A stretch of 60,293 nucleotides of DNA, filler included. It is 5 parts of 5 records of this genome, joined end to end, with 100 filler letters (N's around TTAATTAATTAA, not from the genome) between each part and the next. Parts side by side here need not be neighbours in the genome. Positions count along the whole stretch, not along the records: positions 10,088 to 18,564 come from DRR723986_65754; positions 18,665 to 28,458 come from DRR723986_65867; 3 more parts are not named here. One strand, given 5' to 3'. The position numbers and the translations under genes were made by a program. Every line of letters starts with the position of its first letter. Within the stretch, counting starts at the first letter, position 1. Below are positions 10,260 through 20,300 of this stretch, piece by piece. A model generated the notes under the pieces. The model was not told the origin of the DNA. It searched no databases and saw only the letters and a list, made by a program, of their open reading frames with translations.

Positions 10260-11882
10260 TTAATGGACTCCACCAGATGGTTGCTCCATCGCTTTCATTG
10301 CTCTTTCGATAGATGCTTTCATACTTAGTGACTCACCACCTTGACTTGGTGGGTAATCTGCTAGAGATTTCAAGTGTGCTTCCAAGAATGGAACTGCAGC
10401 GGTAGGTGCCCAGAGCTTTTCTGCAACAAACTTTCTACCTATATATCCCCATTCTTCAGAATCTGGAGTCATCTTCTCCATTGGGTCCATCAATAGATTC
10501 ACAATGTAAGGGATACTTGGATAGGACTTCTCGTCAAACCAGTTTCCACCATGTTTCACACCAATGTGCATTTTCCAGGCATCTACTCTAATAGCCATCA
10601 AATCAGATTCATCATAGTAGAATAATTCTCTACGAGCCGACTTGTCAGTTTTGCCTGTCCATAGATCCAAATTATTATACCCATCCAAATGCGTTTTGAA
10701 GGTAGTATTTCCTAATTTTTTACCTGTCAAAAGTTCTTCTTTCAAATTTGGAGCTCCTGCTGCTGCTGCAAGAGTAACATACAAATCCTCGTGACTTTGA
10801 ATACCATTGGAATAAGTCCCAGCTGGGATTTTACCAGGCCATTTTACTAGCATTGGTACTCTTAGACCCCCTTCCCAGGTAGTACCTTTTTCACCACGGA
10901 ATGGAGCATATCCACCATCAGGCCAATACATCAATTCATTTCCGTTATCTGTAGAATAAATAACTATCGTGTTATCCTCTTCACCCATGTCTTTGATCTT
11001 CTGAAGCACTTTTCCGATCAATTCATCATGCTCAATCATTTTTGCACGAACTACATCTTCTTCGGCACGACCTTCGTCCACTGCAGCTTGGATGTATTTA
11101 TTGGTACTATGAGACCAGATATGTGTTGCCGTAGTATTATACCAAACAAAGAACGGCTTGTCTTCTTTGCTTACTTTATCCAAGTATTTCAATGTTTCAT
11201 TAGTAACCTCCACATCGATAGTTTCCATACGCTTACGAGTAAGTGGTCCCGTATCGACGATTCGCTGCTTACCAACTTTACCGAATTTCGGATCAACGGT
11301 AGGATCATCCTTGTCGGTAGCGTAGGTATGCAATACACCTCTTGGGCCGAACTTGTCTTTATATGCTGGATTTTTCTGACCTGGGTAGTCCAATTCTTCC
11401 GGCTCCTCTTCAGCATTTAGGTGGTAAAGATTACCAAACCACTCATCAAAACCGTGCATGGTAGGTAAAAACTCATTGCGGTCACCTAAGTGATTTTTAC
11501 CAAACTGGGCAGTCGCATAACCCTGAGCTTTAAGTACTTGAGCTAGAGTAGGATCTACTGCTTGAATTCCTTGAGTGGAACCAGGTATACCAATAGTAGT
11601 CATACCTGTTCTGATAGGCAACTGTCCCATAATAAATGCTGCTCTACCTGCAGTACAGCTAGGCTGACCGTAATGATCTGTAAACAACATACCATCGCGA
11701 GCGATGCCGTCAATGTTTGGGGTTCTCCCCATCATACCGTGAGTATAAGCGCCCACGTTCCAGTATCCTATATCATCACCCCATATCACGACGATATTTG
11801 GCTTGTCCTGTGCTTCCACCAGAAAAGGTGCAAACACCAGAAACAAAATTGCGGTTTTGAAAAGAGAAAATTTGTTTTTCAT
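10260..11882 (-). CDS. Arylsulfatase (Cys-type, formylglycine-dependent)
   Basis: Signal peptide; KPNIVVIWGDDIG; SCTAGRAAF (CxAxR); GKNHLG; KGTTWEGGLRVP. Confidence 0.93.
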   Translation of the reverse strand: MKNKFSLFKTAILFLVFAPFLVEAQDKPNIVVIWGDDIGYWNVGAYTHGMMGRTPNIDGIARDGMLFTDHYGQPSCTAGRAAFIMGQLPIRTGMTTIGIPGSTQGIQAVDPTLAQVLKAQGYATAQFGKNHLGDRNEFLPTMHGFDEWFGNLYHLNAEEEPEELDYPGQKNPAYKDKFGPRGVLHTYATDKDDPTVDPKFGKVGKQRIVDTGPLTRKRMETIDVEVTNETLKYLDKVSKEDKPFFVWYNTTATHIWSHSTNKYIQAAVDEGRAEEDVVRAKMIEHDELIGKVLQKIKDMGEEDNTIVIYSTDNGNELMYWPDGGYAPFRGEKGTTWEGGLRVPMLVKWPGKIPAGTYSNGIQSHEDLYVTLAAAAGAPNLKEELLTGKKLGNTTFKTHLDGYNNLDLWTGKTDKSARRELFYYDESDLMAIRVDAWKMHIGVKHGGNWFDEKSYPSIPYIVNLLMDPMEKMTPDSEEWGYIGRKFVAEKLWAPTAAVPFLEAHLKSLADYPPSQGGESLSMKASIERAMKAMEQPSGGVH

Positions 11883-12066
11883 TTGAATTAATTAAAAGTG
11901 TTTCAGTCGACTAAGGTAAATTAAAATATAGAGTAAATTATTTAAATACTTCAATTTTTCATCATTTACCTTGATTGAGTTAAAGCATAAAACATTAATT
12001 TACAGTTACATATACAGGCTTATGAAGCTTTTGTTAAATTAATAATTCTAAGCTAAGTGGAGCTGA

Positions 12067-13131
12067 TTATTTTAGCTCGTAAGGATATATGACTTTCCAA
12101 TCCTTCTGCATATCTACCACTAACCAATTGTATTTGGGAGCATCATCCAAGCCTTTATTTAGCTGTCCAATATGGGAATCGCGGTCATAAGCCACTTCGC
12201 GAACAGAATCTGTATGATGCACGATCAACCCGAACCGCGAACCTTCACCTGTGGTAGTGTATTGAAGCATTTGATAATCGCCATCACTATTGCCTCCAGC
12301 GAATACCGGTCTTTTCCCTATGTGTCTATAGATTCCTACCGGCTTTCCTCCCTTGTCATCGTTAAAATATAATTCAGGAGTTTTAATCAATTGAGGGTCT
12401 GGTAGAGAATCTACATAAGAAAGGCCTAATTGTGAACCTACCACCTGATAAGGAGGAATTCCATAAGCTTCCTCGGCCCAGGCACGCATGAAGTCTATGC
12501 CACCGCCAGAAACTATAAAAGTTTTGAAATCATTTGCACGCAGAAATTCCAGCAATTCTAGCATAGGTTGGAAGATCATTTCATTGTAATGCTTCCCTGT
12601 CTTGGGATGAGTAGCTGTTTTCATCCAGTTTTTCACATGAGAATCAAACTCTTCTGCTGACATGCCTGAGTGCGTAATGGCCACCGTTTGCAATAAAGCC
12701 TTTTCGCCTCCTGAAAGGAATCCTTTCATATCTCCATCTAACAGCGCGGCGATAGATGCATTCTTTTTCCATTCAGGATGTTCAGGAGCCATTCGTTTAA
12801 CCTCATCGATGGCAAAGGCCAATTGAAAATACATAGGTTGCTCAGACCATAGTGTTCCATCGTTATCAAAAACTGCAATTCGATCGGCTACCGGTATAAA
12901 ATCCGGAGAGCCTTCTTTGGTAGTGGCATCCACCCAGTCCAGAATGCGAGTTCGGGGCGCTTCTTCCCAAGAGGCCAAATTCATGGTGGCTCCTGAAAGT
13001 TCTTCTTGCTCGGTAGCATTACTTTTACCTTCCTCTGTTGCTTCAGTACAGGAGAAAAACACAAGGGAGAAAAGTGGGGCGGCTAGAACAAAACTGGCTC
13101 GCCTGACAGAAATTAAAAGGTTAATCTTCAT
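12067..13131 (-). CDS. HAD-superfamily hydrolase/phosphatase lipoprotein
   Basis: FDNDGTLW (DxDGT), IVSGG, GNSDGD motifs; lipobox FFSC. Confidence 0.9.
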   Translation of the reverse strand: MKINLLISVRRASFVLAAPLFSLVFFSCTEATEEGKSNATEQEELSGATMNLASWEEAPRTRILDWVDATTKEGSPDFIPVADRIAVFDNDGTLWSEQPMYFQLAFAIDEVKRMAPEHPEWKKNASIAALLDGDMKGFLSGGEKALLQTVAITHSGMSAEEFDSHVKNWMKTATHPKTGKHYNEMIFQPMLELLEFLRANDFKTFIVSGGGIDFMRAWAEEAYGIPPYQVVGSQLGLSYVDSLPDPQLIKTPELYFNDDKGGKPVGIYRHIGKRPVFAGGNSDGDYQMLQYTTTGEGSRFGLIVHHTDSVREVAYDRDSHIGQLNKGLDDAPKYNWLVVDMQKDWKVIYPYELK

Positions 13132-13352
13132 ATGATTTTAATTTATTTTTCAATGGACATCCCGCTATCGGGAGGAGTCTTCAATATTTAAAAATTTGAA
13201 CATTTTGTATCGATTTTGAATTGGTCAGTTTTATAAAACTCTTTTTTAATTGATATTAAATCTAGAAAAAATAGGGAGAAAATTATGGCACTTTAGTTAC
13301 TATAACTCTATTTCGCGGTTTTTTGCCCGCTAACAAAGGCGAGAAGCTGCCC

Positions 13353-14525
13353 TCAATTTCTATTGTTCCACGCAGAACCAAATACGATATACCAGCCAAA
13401 ATCATCGTTTGACCAGGCCACATCTATTCCAGTTCTTATTCCAAATTTCCGAGCGATGAGATAGCGGAATCCTGTACCATAGTTATAGACCAAATCTGCA
13501 TCAGAAAAAGAAACTTCTTTTGTTACAGCTTTGGCAGCGCCTACGAATCCTACTGCACTCCAGCGTTTAGTGAAATCATACCGTTGTTCCGTTTCCACTA
13601 CGTAAGTCTGGTCTCCTTGGTAGCGTGCCATTGGAACCCCACGCAATGCTACCCCAGGCTTCAAGTAAAATGGAGCGTCGTCAAACTGAAGTCTCCCTTC
13701 TGCTCGTAAACCACTTACCCATTTGGGTGCAAATTGAATATATTTAAATGCTGCAATACTCCAGTTTTGATAGGTATAGTCACTTCCTGTCCAACTACCG
13801 TTCATCCTGAAGTCTGATGTGATATACAATCCTTTATTTGGGGTAAACACATTGTCTCTTTTATCAAATTCCATCGCAATCCCCACACTACTCAGATTAT
13901 TGTCCAGCGCTTTGTCATCAAAGAAATCCGGAAGCTCCGCAAAGTCAAAATCAGGCCTTACTTGATTATGAAGGTATAAGTACTCTAGTCCCAGGAAGAG
14001 TTGAGTCTTTCCAATTTGCCGAAGGATGGAGCCAAAGACAGCGGTCGTATTAAAGTTCAAAGCAAACTTTTGCTCGCCTACCACCGGTATATTTCTAAAG
14101 AAATCCATGTTTACATCCCCATAAGCAGCACCAAGCCGATACTTCAAATGTTGCTTTGGGAGGGAGGCTATCCTAAGTGCTCCGGCACCCCAAGTCTTAT
14201 TGCCTGTATAGCCTACAAAGCCGGCGGTAATATCCGGAGGGATATACTTCCCTAAATCCTGATTTTTATTTGGCTTAATAAAAATTGGGGTAAGCATCAC
14301 ACCAATACCTCCAAAGGCTGGTTCAGTCACAATTTGTGCTACCGGTATAAAACCATGGAAATTGATTAAAAAATCACTTAAGTCCAATTTACCATCTATA
14401 GAGTCTTTGAACACCTTCATGCTCAATTTCTCTTTTTCGGGTTTGTCTTGAGCCTGAGTAGAACAAATCGTTAAAACCAATAAAATGAGTACACAATTAA
14501 TTCTCATTAGGATACATTTAAACAA
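13353..14525 (-). CDS. BamA/TamA-like outer-membrane beta-barrel protein
   Basis: Signal peptide; DKRDNVFTPNKG; LRGVPMARYQG; C-terminal YIVFGSAW. Confidence 0.75.
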   Translation of the reverse strand: MFKCILMRINCVLILLVLTICSTQAQDKPEKEKLSMKVFKDSIDGKLDLSDFLINFHGFIPVAQIVTEPAFGGIGVMLTPIFIKPNKNQDLGKYIPPDITAGFVGYTGNKTWGAGALRIASLPKQHLKYRLGAAYGDVNMDFFRNIPVVGEQKFALNFNTTAVFGSILRQIGKTQLFLGLEYLYLHNQVRPDFDFAELPDFFDDKALDNNLSSVGIAMEFDKRDNVFTPNKGLYITSDFRMNGSWTGSDYTYQNWSIAAFKYIQFAPKWVSGLRAEGRLQFDDAPFYLKPGVALRGVPMARYQGDQTYVVETEQRYDFTKRWSAVGFVGAAKAVTKEVSFSDADLVYNYGTGFRYLIARKFGIRTGIDVAWSNDDFGWYIVFGSAWNNRN

Positions 14526-14546
14526 AATGAAAAGCTATTCAATACC

Positions 14547-15119
14547 TTATTTTCCAAATCGCTTCTCTATTCCAATACCAATGGAGGTGACATTATAAGC
14601 GCTCGCACGAAAATCATGAGTCAAAGACCCCAGGACTTCCCAGCCATTACGGATTTCTACCCCATATTCTATCCCTAAGCGGGTGACAAAATACGTTTCA
14701 CCTCCTTTGGCAAATTCCCCTCCGAATCCCAATCCGAAACTCCAATGCTCTCCGGGTTTATATGTCCCCATCAGGGCCGGAGCGATAGGACGCTCTCGCT
14801 CGATTAGCTGACCCTCATCTTCAGTCTCTATAAAGAAATTTTCATTCAAAAAATCCGTGTGAAGTCCCATCGCAAACTTCTCACTAATCCAATAATTATA
14901 GTCTAAGGCAAAAGACGGCACCATCGTGAATTGCTTGTTACCCTCTGCATCTCGTCCTTGACCTATGCGAGAATGAGACAATACAAAAGCCAAACTATGC
15001 TTTCCCTCTGCCTCTTCGAGTTCCTCTTGTTCTATCTCAGCTAATTCTTCCTGAGCCATACAAATTGTGGTAGATAAAAGCATGCCTAGTAGCATCGTAA
15101 AAATTCTGATGTTTTTCAT
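14547..15119 (-). CDS. Putative outer-membrane beta-barrel protein
   Basis: Probable start MKNIRIF within ORF 14547..15185; amphipathic strands; ends GIGIEKRFGK. Confidence 0.65.
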   Translation of the reverse strand: MKNIRIFTMLLGMLLSTTICMAQEELAEIEQEELEEAEGKHSLAFVLSHSRIGQGRDAEGNKQFTMVPSFALDYNYWISEKFAMGLHTDFLNENFFIETEDEGQLIERERPIAPALMGTYKPGEHWSFGLGFGGEFAKGGETYFVTRLGIEYGVEIRNGWEVLGSLTHDFRASAYNVTSIGIGIEKRFGK

Positions 15120-15318
15120 GTGTTTATAGTTTGTTTCAAAGGTCATCCCAATGTGTGTCCCTTTTAGCCTGCTTGTCTGCCTCATGCAGGTTGGACTTCA
15201 TTTCAAATAGCTTTTAAGTCTTTAAAAATCAATCTTACTGAATCAATGAAATGCAAAATTAAAATCTAATGGCTAGTTTTCTAAATCAACTATTGTAGAT
15301 CTAAACCTATTTCTCTAC

Positions 15319-16032
15319 TTACTTATCTGTCTTCCCTCTGCCTATCGGAAGATTTGCATAAATCGCTAGCTGACTATGGTTTTGCTTTCCTGCCAGATTT
15401 TTCATCGCATCAGATAAACCTCCCTGATAACGAAGTCCGAAGGCGTTGACCTTGTCTTTTCCTATATACATGCCAATGCCGGTGGCAAACCCAAAATCAA
15501 ATCTCTGAACCTGATCTCTGATATCTACATCCAACTCCAGATCGCCTTGGGTTAGAGCTGCTTCAAAAACATCCGTAGCCTTCAGCCTAAAAGAAATCTG
15601 TGGGCCTAATTCTACAAAGTAAGTTCCCTGAAACGCATAGCGCATGGTAGCAGGAATACTGAAGTAATTAATTTTCCGTGTCACTTCCGAATCGGCATAA
15701 AACCCATTGAGGCTTGGGTCTTCTAAGTCATAAGCCGCTATTCCTGCCGCTCCTCTTTGGTACTTTGCCATGAGATCTAAATTCAGATGCCAATTTTCAT
15801 CAAACTTGTGCGTATAGAACAAGCCTAGGTTAAATGAATTCAAGGGATCCTGTGCTCCTGACATAGACATGTTGTTCCAGCTATAGTCCAAATGAATCCC
15901 AAAGAGATTGTCTTCATTATTTAGCTTGTCTCCAAAAATCAAACTCATTATCACCTGCCCCTGTGAGACCGTAGCCACAGCCATGCAGAGTCCAAAAAAC
16001 AAACAAAATTTAAAGCGCTTCTTCATAAGCAA
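15319..16032 (-). CDS. Porin-family outer-membrane beta-barrel protein
   Basis: Signal peptide; INYFSIPATMRY...VELGPQISF...RFDFG pattern typical of the PorT/OMP_b-brl_2 family. Confidence 0.75.
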   Translation of the reverse strand: MLMKKRFKFCLFFGLCMAVATVSQGQVIMSLIFGDKLNNEDNLFGIHLDYSWNNMSMSGAQDPLNSFNLGLFYTHKFDENWHLNLDLMAKYQRGAAGIAAYDLEDPSLNGFYADSEVTRKINYFSIPATMRYAFQGTYFVELGPQISFRLKATDVFEAALTQGDLELDVDIRDQVQRFDFGFATGIGMYIGKDKVNAFGLRYQGGLSDAMKNLAGKQNHSQLAIYANLPIGRGKTDK

Positions 16033-16064
16033 TAATTAGAAAAACAAATCAGGAGTTATAGATG

Positions 16065-17117
16065 CTAGGATTTCTTTTTGAAAAAGCCTGGGAATCTATA
16101 GTTAAGATTCAACAAAAACTGGCTTCTTTTCCCAAAAACCCCCAATTCAGACCTAAGCATCCATCGTTTATCAAATTGATACTGAGCTCCTAAAATCAAG
16201 TTAAATGGTGCCGCGACTTTTTTATCCAGCTTATATTCTATCAAGGCACTCCCATCAATTCCCGCTGCAGCATCTTCAATTTTGTCAATAATCTGTTTAG
16301 CGACCACTCGCTGGGCTGGCGGCAGTCCATCAGCCCACTCATTTAGTCTATCTATTGCTGCCCCGTCTCCTAGACCTGGAACCAAGTTCGAGACAGGGAT
16401 GCTTCCTTGGGTATCATTTTGGATCACTTGAAAGAACGTTCCGGCCCACACGGACAGATTTCGCTGGGGATTGGAGATGGATGGAATGGTATGCCCAACT
16501 CTAAAACTACTGTTGAAGGCTGGAACAGGCTCTACCACCACTTCTATATCCGCAAAATTGTAATTATTATCCCAGGCAAACCAGACTGGTCCTGCTGCTG
16601 CAGTCAATGTAGCGCCTAGACCGTAGCTGCTAACTGCGAAATTCTGCTTGGTTTGAAAACCGAAGGGATCAAGAAGTGTCACTTCTGTACTTGTAGTACC
16701 GCCTCCGATTATTCCATAAACATTCAGAAAAGGAAGCACCCAAACATCCGGTCGGAAGGAATAGGCATTTGTGGTAGCTATGGTAGGACCAAACTTGATA
16801 AATTGACTGATATCAACCAGATCAGAGCCTCCGATTCCTACAGAAGTGCTTTCTATCAAAATCTGTTGTTGCTGTGTAAAATAGATCGCACTGGCTCCCC
16901 ATGCATAAGGAAGATCGTACCCTCGCTTGGCCGCCCCTGCACCTAGGATAGGAAATACATAGGGATAATCCATATTCTTCAGACTGTCGAAATACTCCTC
17001 ATAAAGGGGATTGAAAATCTTCTGGGCGCCCTGGGCATAACTCTTGGAGAGAGAAAAATATGCGCAAAGCAAAAGTAAAAGTGATAGTTGGTAGAGCTTA
17101 AAATTCTTCATAGCCAA
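16065..17117 (-). CDS. Putative outer-membrane protein
   Basis: Signal peptide; RPDVWVLPFLNVYG; C-terminal LNLNYRF. Confidence 0.7.
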   Translation of the reverse strand: MAMKNFKLYQLSLLLLLCAYFSLSKSYAQGAQKIFNPLYEEYFDSLKNMDYPYVFPILGAGAAKRGYDLPYAWGASAIYFTQQQQILIESTSVGIGGSDLVDISQFIKFGPTIATTNAYSFRPDVWVLPFLNVYGIIGGGTTSTEVTLLDPFGFQTKQNFAVSSYGLGATLTAAAGPVWFAWDNNYNFADIEVVVEPVPAFNSSFRVGHTIPSISNPQRNLSVWAGTFFQVIQNDTQGSIPVSNLVPGLGDGAAIDRLNEWADGLPPAQRVVAKQIIDKIEDAAAGIDGSALIEYKLDKKVAAPFNLILGAQYQFDKRWMLRSELGVFGKRSQFLLNLNYRFPGFFKKKS

Positions 17118-17476
17118 AGGTTAGGTAACTAGCTGGTGTGAAAATGTCTAGATAAAATTAGATTAAAATCAGAGTACTGACTAAAAATTAAGCGATTAAA
17201 ATCAAAAAAGGGTGATTATTCGCATTTACTACGGGGTCCTATGTACTAGAATTACCTCAATATTCAGATTTTTCAAATTTTAGATATGGATTTTAGCATA
17301 GCTAGCTCAACCAATTTGATCTAAAATCCTATCAGATAATCCCTAATTGATAACTGAACTTTCTTCCAAAAGAGTATACACCTATAATGACTAATCTAAG
17401 GCACTCAGAGGTATTCTCTCATCCCCTTTGCTGCTTGGTTTTAGTAAGAAATTAAAGTCGGCAAATCAGTAGCTTA

Positions 17477-17520
17477 TTCGATGCTTCTCCGATGCTCCTT
17501 CGATGCTCCTTCGATATACT
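17477..17520 (+). repeat. 11-bp tandem repeat (TTCGATGCTCC, about 4 copies)
   Basis: ttcgatgcttc tccgatgctcc ttcgatgctcc ttcgatatact. Confidence 0.8.
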
Positions 17521-17684
17521 ATCGTAGGAAGATCGAAGTTGAATTGATAAAAAATTGGCGTAAAGTTGAATGAAAGCATACTATACGCCGCTCTCTGAGG
17601 CTGTCCGATAAGTTATTCGACAAGGGTAAATAGGGTAAGGCCAACGGGATGACTGCAATCGCTTAATAGCTGATACTAATCACA

Positions 17685-18473
17685 TTACTTTGGAAACAGA
17701 AAGATCACTACAGCTCTCCATCCCCAATCAGCTTTGCCCCCATCAGGAGAGGCCAGATTTAATCTAGGACCTACCACAAATTGAGTTTTCTGCTTACCCA
17801 GACTGGTCACCGCAGAAATGGTCGGATTCAACCAAACTGTAGCAGTTGAGGCTTTCCAATTTTGCGTCCACTCCAAGTTACCTCCTATTCCTGCGCCGGA
17901 TTTCCAGTTATAATTCACAAAAGGCTGAACAAACATCTGGCTTACGTCAGGCCTATCTTCATTTCCAGCAACCGACCAAAGTTGGTTGATCAAGCCACCA
18001 ACAGTCCAGCCATTTACCTGTTTCAGCGCTATAGCGGTTGGTCCCATTCCGAATTTCTTGGTGGTCAGATAATCATTCGTTCCTATAGGCAAAAGCAAGG
18101 CAGGCCCTACACCCCAAGTCAATTTTTCAGAGTTTTTTGGTGAAAAAAAGGCAGACATCACTGCGTCTCCAAGTCCTGATTGCTTCTCTCCCGGAGAAGT
18201 GATATTATATTGTGTGACCACAGGAATCACTATTCTTGTGATCATATTCCAGTCCTTACTCATCGAAATTGGTATCACTGGCTGGATATTCATAGTGTTG
18301 CGGCTGCCTTTGAAATCACCTATCCCATAATCTGTATTGTTCTGAAAAGGAACAGATATCAAGGACGCGATAGGGTTGGCTAGTTTCTTGGCAAGTTCTG
18401 CAGCATCGTCTTGTGCGAAAGAAGCACTGATTCCGAAGGTAAAAATCAGTGCAGAGAGTAGTGTTTTTTTCAT
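17685..18473 (-). CDS. Outer-membrane transporter-like beta-barrel protein
   Basis: ELAKKLANPIASLISVPFQNN; GLGD; WGVGP; ends FLFPK. This family is common beside sulfatases. Confidence 0.75.
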   Translation of the reverse strand: MKKTLLSALIFTFGISASFAQDDAAELAKKLANPIASLISVPFQNNTDYGIGDFKGSRNTMNIQPVIPISMSKDWNMITRIVIPVVTQYNITSPGEKQSGLGDAVMSAFFSPKNSEKLTWGVGPALLLPIGTNDYLTTKKFGMGPTAIALKQVNGWTVGGLINQLWSVAGNEDRPDVSQMFVQPFVNYNWKSGAGIGGNLEWTQNWKASTATVWLNPTISAVTSLGKQKTQFVVGPRLNLASPDGGKADWGWRAVVIFLFPK

Positions 18474-18564
18474 CTGTTGTTTCTTAGGTATCAAAAAAGA
18501 TCTAACTATATTTTAACAAAATAAAAATTTAATTTTATGTATATCCGCTTTTCTACCAGTAAAG

Positions 18565-18664
18565 NNNNNNNNNNNNNNNNNNNNNNNNNNNNNNNNNNNN
18601 NNNNNNNNTTAATTAATTAANNNNNNNNNNNNNNNNNNNNNNNNNNNNNNNNNNNNNNNNNNNN
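18565..18664. other. Artificial contig spacer
   Basis: N-run with TTAATTAATTAA. Confidence 0.98.
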
Positions 18665-18774
18665 GCCATTTCCACTGAATTATTTGAGTAGTCAGCTTCT
18701 GTGACAGGAATTTTCTCTTGTGCCAAAGCAGAAAGACTGAAAACCAAAAGAGCTATTGTTAGTAATTTTTTCAT
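18665..18774 (-). CDS. ccmD: CcmD-family protein (5' part, contig edge)
   Basis: MKKLLTIALLVFSLSALAQEKIPVTEADYSNNSVEM... begins 3 nt after the ccmC stop; call rests on position and resemblance to Cytophagales CcmD. Confidence 0.55.
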
Positions 18775-18777
18775 GAA

Positions 18778-19452
18778 CTAGGAATTAATCATTCTGTCTT
18801 CAATTGTCCTTTCCACCCTACGCATTCTGACGCGTACAGTTGCGATCCAGCTACCTAAAAGTGTCCATCCGATAATCGCCGGATAAAACACTACACGAAG
18901 TTTGGAATCCAAATCATACGCATTGAAGCCGGGGTTTCCACCATTTCCTGGGTGCAAACTGTCTGTTAGTCTTGGCAATACGAAGATAAGGGGAATAAAA
19001 GCAGCGAATGCGAAAATGTTATAGATGGCTCCGATTCTAGCTCTCTGCTGAGAATCAGAAAGAGAATTTCTTAACACTAAATATGCGAAATACATTAGTA
19101 TCCCTATGGCCGCAGCATTTTGCTTGGGATCGCTACTCCAGTAATCTCCCCAGGTAAATTTCGCCCAGAGCATTCCGGTTACTATTCCCAAAACTCCAAA
19201 AAGAATTGCTGAGTTGGTGAATTCTATAGCCAAATCATCATTTCTAATGTCATTAGTTCGGAGATACTTGATGCTGTAGTACACTGAGATCACCAGCATC
19301 AGGATCATTCCAAACCACATGGTCACGTGGAAGTGAAGAGCACGGATTGTTTCGTTGAGGATAGGAAGTCGAGGTGCTTCCATCAGCAAGCCTGCGATTA
19401 GCGTGTACAGCAGCAGGGCGATTGCAAGAATTTTCCACCAGGATTGGCGCAT
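18778..19452 (-). CDS. ccmC: Cytochrome c biogenesis haem exporter CcmC
   Basis: Trp-rich WAKFTWGDYWSSDPK motif; conserved His residues (HFHV, SLHP). Confidence 0.9.
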   Translation of the reverse strand: MRQSWWKILAIALLLYTLIAGLLMEAPRLPILNETIRALHFHVTMWFGMILMLVISVYYSIKYLRTNDIRNDDLAIEFTNSAILFGVLGIVTGMLWAKFTWGDYWSSDPKQNAAAIGILMYFAYLVLRNSLSDSQQRARIGAIYNIFAFAAFIPLIFVLPRLTDSLHPGNGGNPGFNAYDLDSKLRVVFYPAIIGWTLLGSWIATVRVRMRRVERTIEDRMINS

Positions 19453-19661
19453 AGGGTATTTTTGCTAATTCAAGCGCAAAAATAAGTCATAAGTTCCTGA
19501 AAACGGCGCTTTTTGTGAGTTCTTTTACCACGGAGGTCGCTGAGATTTTCGCGGAGTTCGCTAATTAGGGAACATTTAAATTGTTGATTGGAATTGCTGC
19601 TTTAAAAACCCTTGTTTAAATACTCTTTAATATGTGTATATTTAGTGAAATCGTACACATT

Positions 19662-19856
19662 ATGAGAACGAATATTGAAATAGATGAAAAGTTAATGGAT
19701 GAGGCCATGAAGGCTTCTGGTTTGACTACAAAAAAGGCCACTGTAGAAGAAGGTTTGCGGTTAATTCTTAGGTTGAAAAAGCAGAAACGAATCAAAGAGT
19801 TTCGCGGAAAAATGAAGTGGGAAGGTGATTTGGATAAAATGAGAATCGATTCATGA
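19662..19856 (+). CDS. vapB: Type II TA antitoxin, VapB family
   Basis: MRTNIEIDEKLM...TKKATVEEGL...WEGDLDKMR; overlaps the vapC start (ATGA). Confidence 0.9.
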   Translation: MRTNIEIDEKLMDEAMKASGLTTKKATVEEGLRLILRLKKQKRIKEFRGKMKWEGDLDKMRIDS

Positions 19857-20245
19857 TTTTGGTGGATTCTTCTGTTTGGATAGATTACTTCAACGGGCAA
19901 GAGAATGCACAAACTGATTTTTTGCATAAGTCACTTGGGACGGAAATTATCTGTACAGGTGATTTGATTATGACGGAAGTCCTTCAGGGTTTCTCCGCTG
20001 ACAAAAACTTTAGGGAAGCAAGAGCCTTTTTTGAAGATTTACATTTCTTCAATTTAGGAGGAAAAGAAATAGCGATTGCAAGCGCTGAGAATTTTAGGCT
20101 ATTGAGGAAAAGAGGAGTTAAAATCCACAAAACAATCGATTCTGTTATTGCTGCTTTTTGCATCAAATCTGAAATTGAACTCTTACACAACGACAAAGAC
20201 TTTGAGCCTTTTGTGGCTTATCTTGGGTTGAAGTCGATTTTCTGA
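19853..20245 (+). CDS. vapC: PIN-domain toxin VapC
   Basis: MILVDSSVWIDYF; EVLQG; TIDSVIA; LLHNDKDF. Confidence 0.93.
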   Translation: MILVDSSVWIDYFNGQENAQTDFLHKSLGTEIICTGDLIMTEVLQGFSADKNFREARAFFEDLHFFNLGGKEIAIASAENFRLLRKRGVKIHKTIDSVIAAFCIKSEIELLHNDKDFEPFVAYLGLKSIF

Positions 20246-20300
20246 TCATGTTTTAGAACGATTGTAGCGTTCTAAGACAAACCAACGTCATGTTGAAAAA

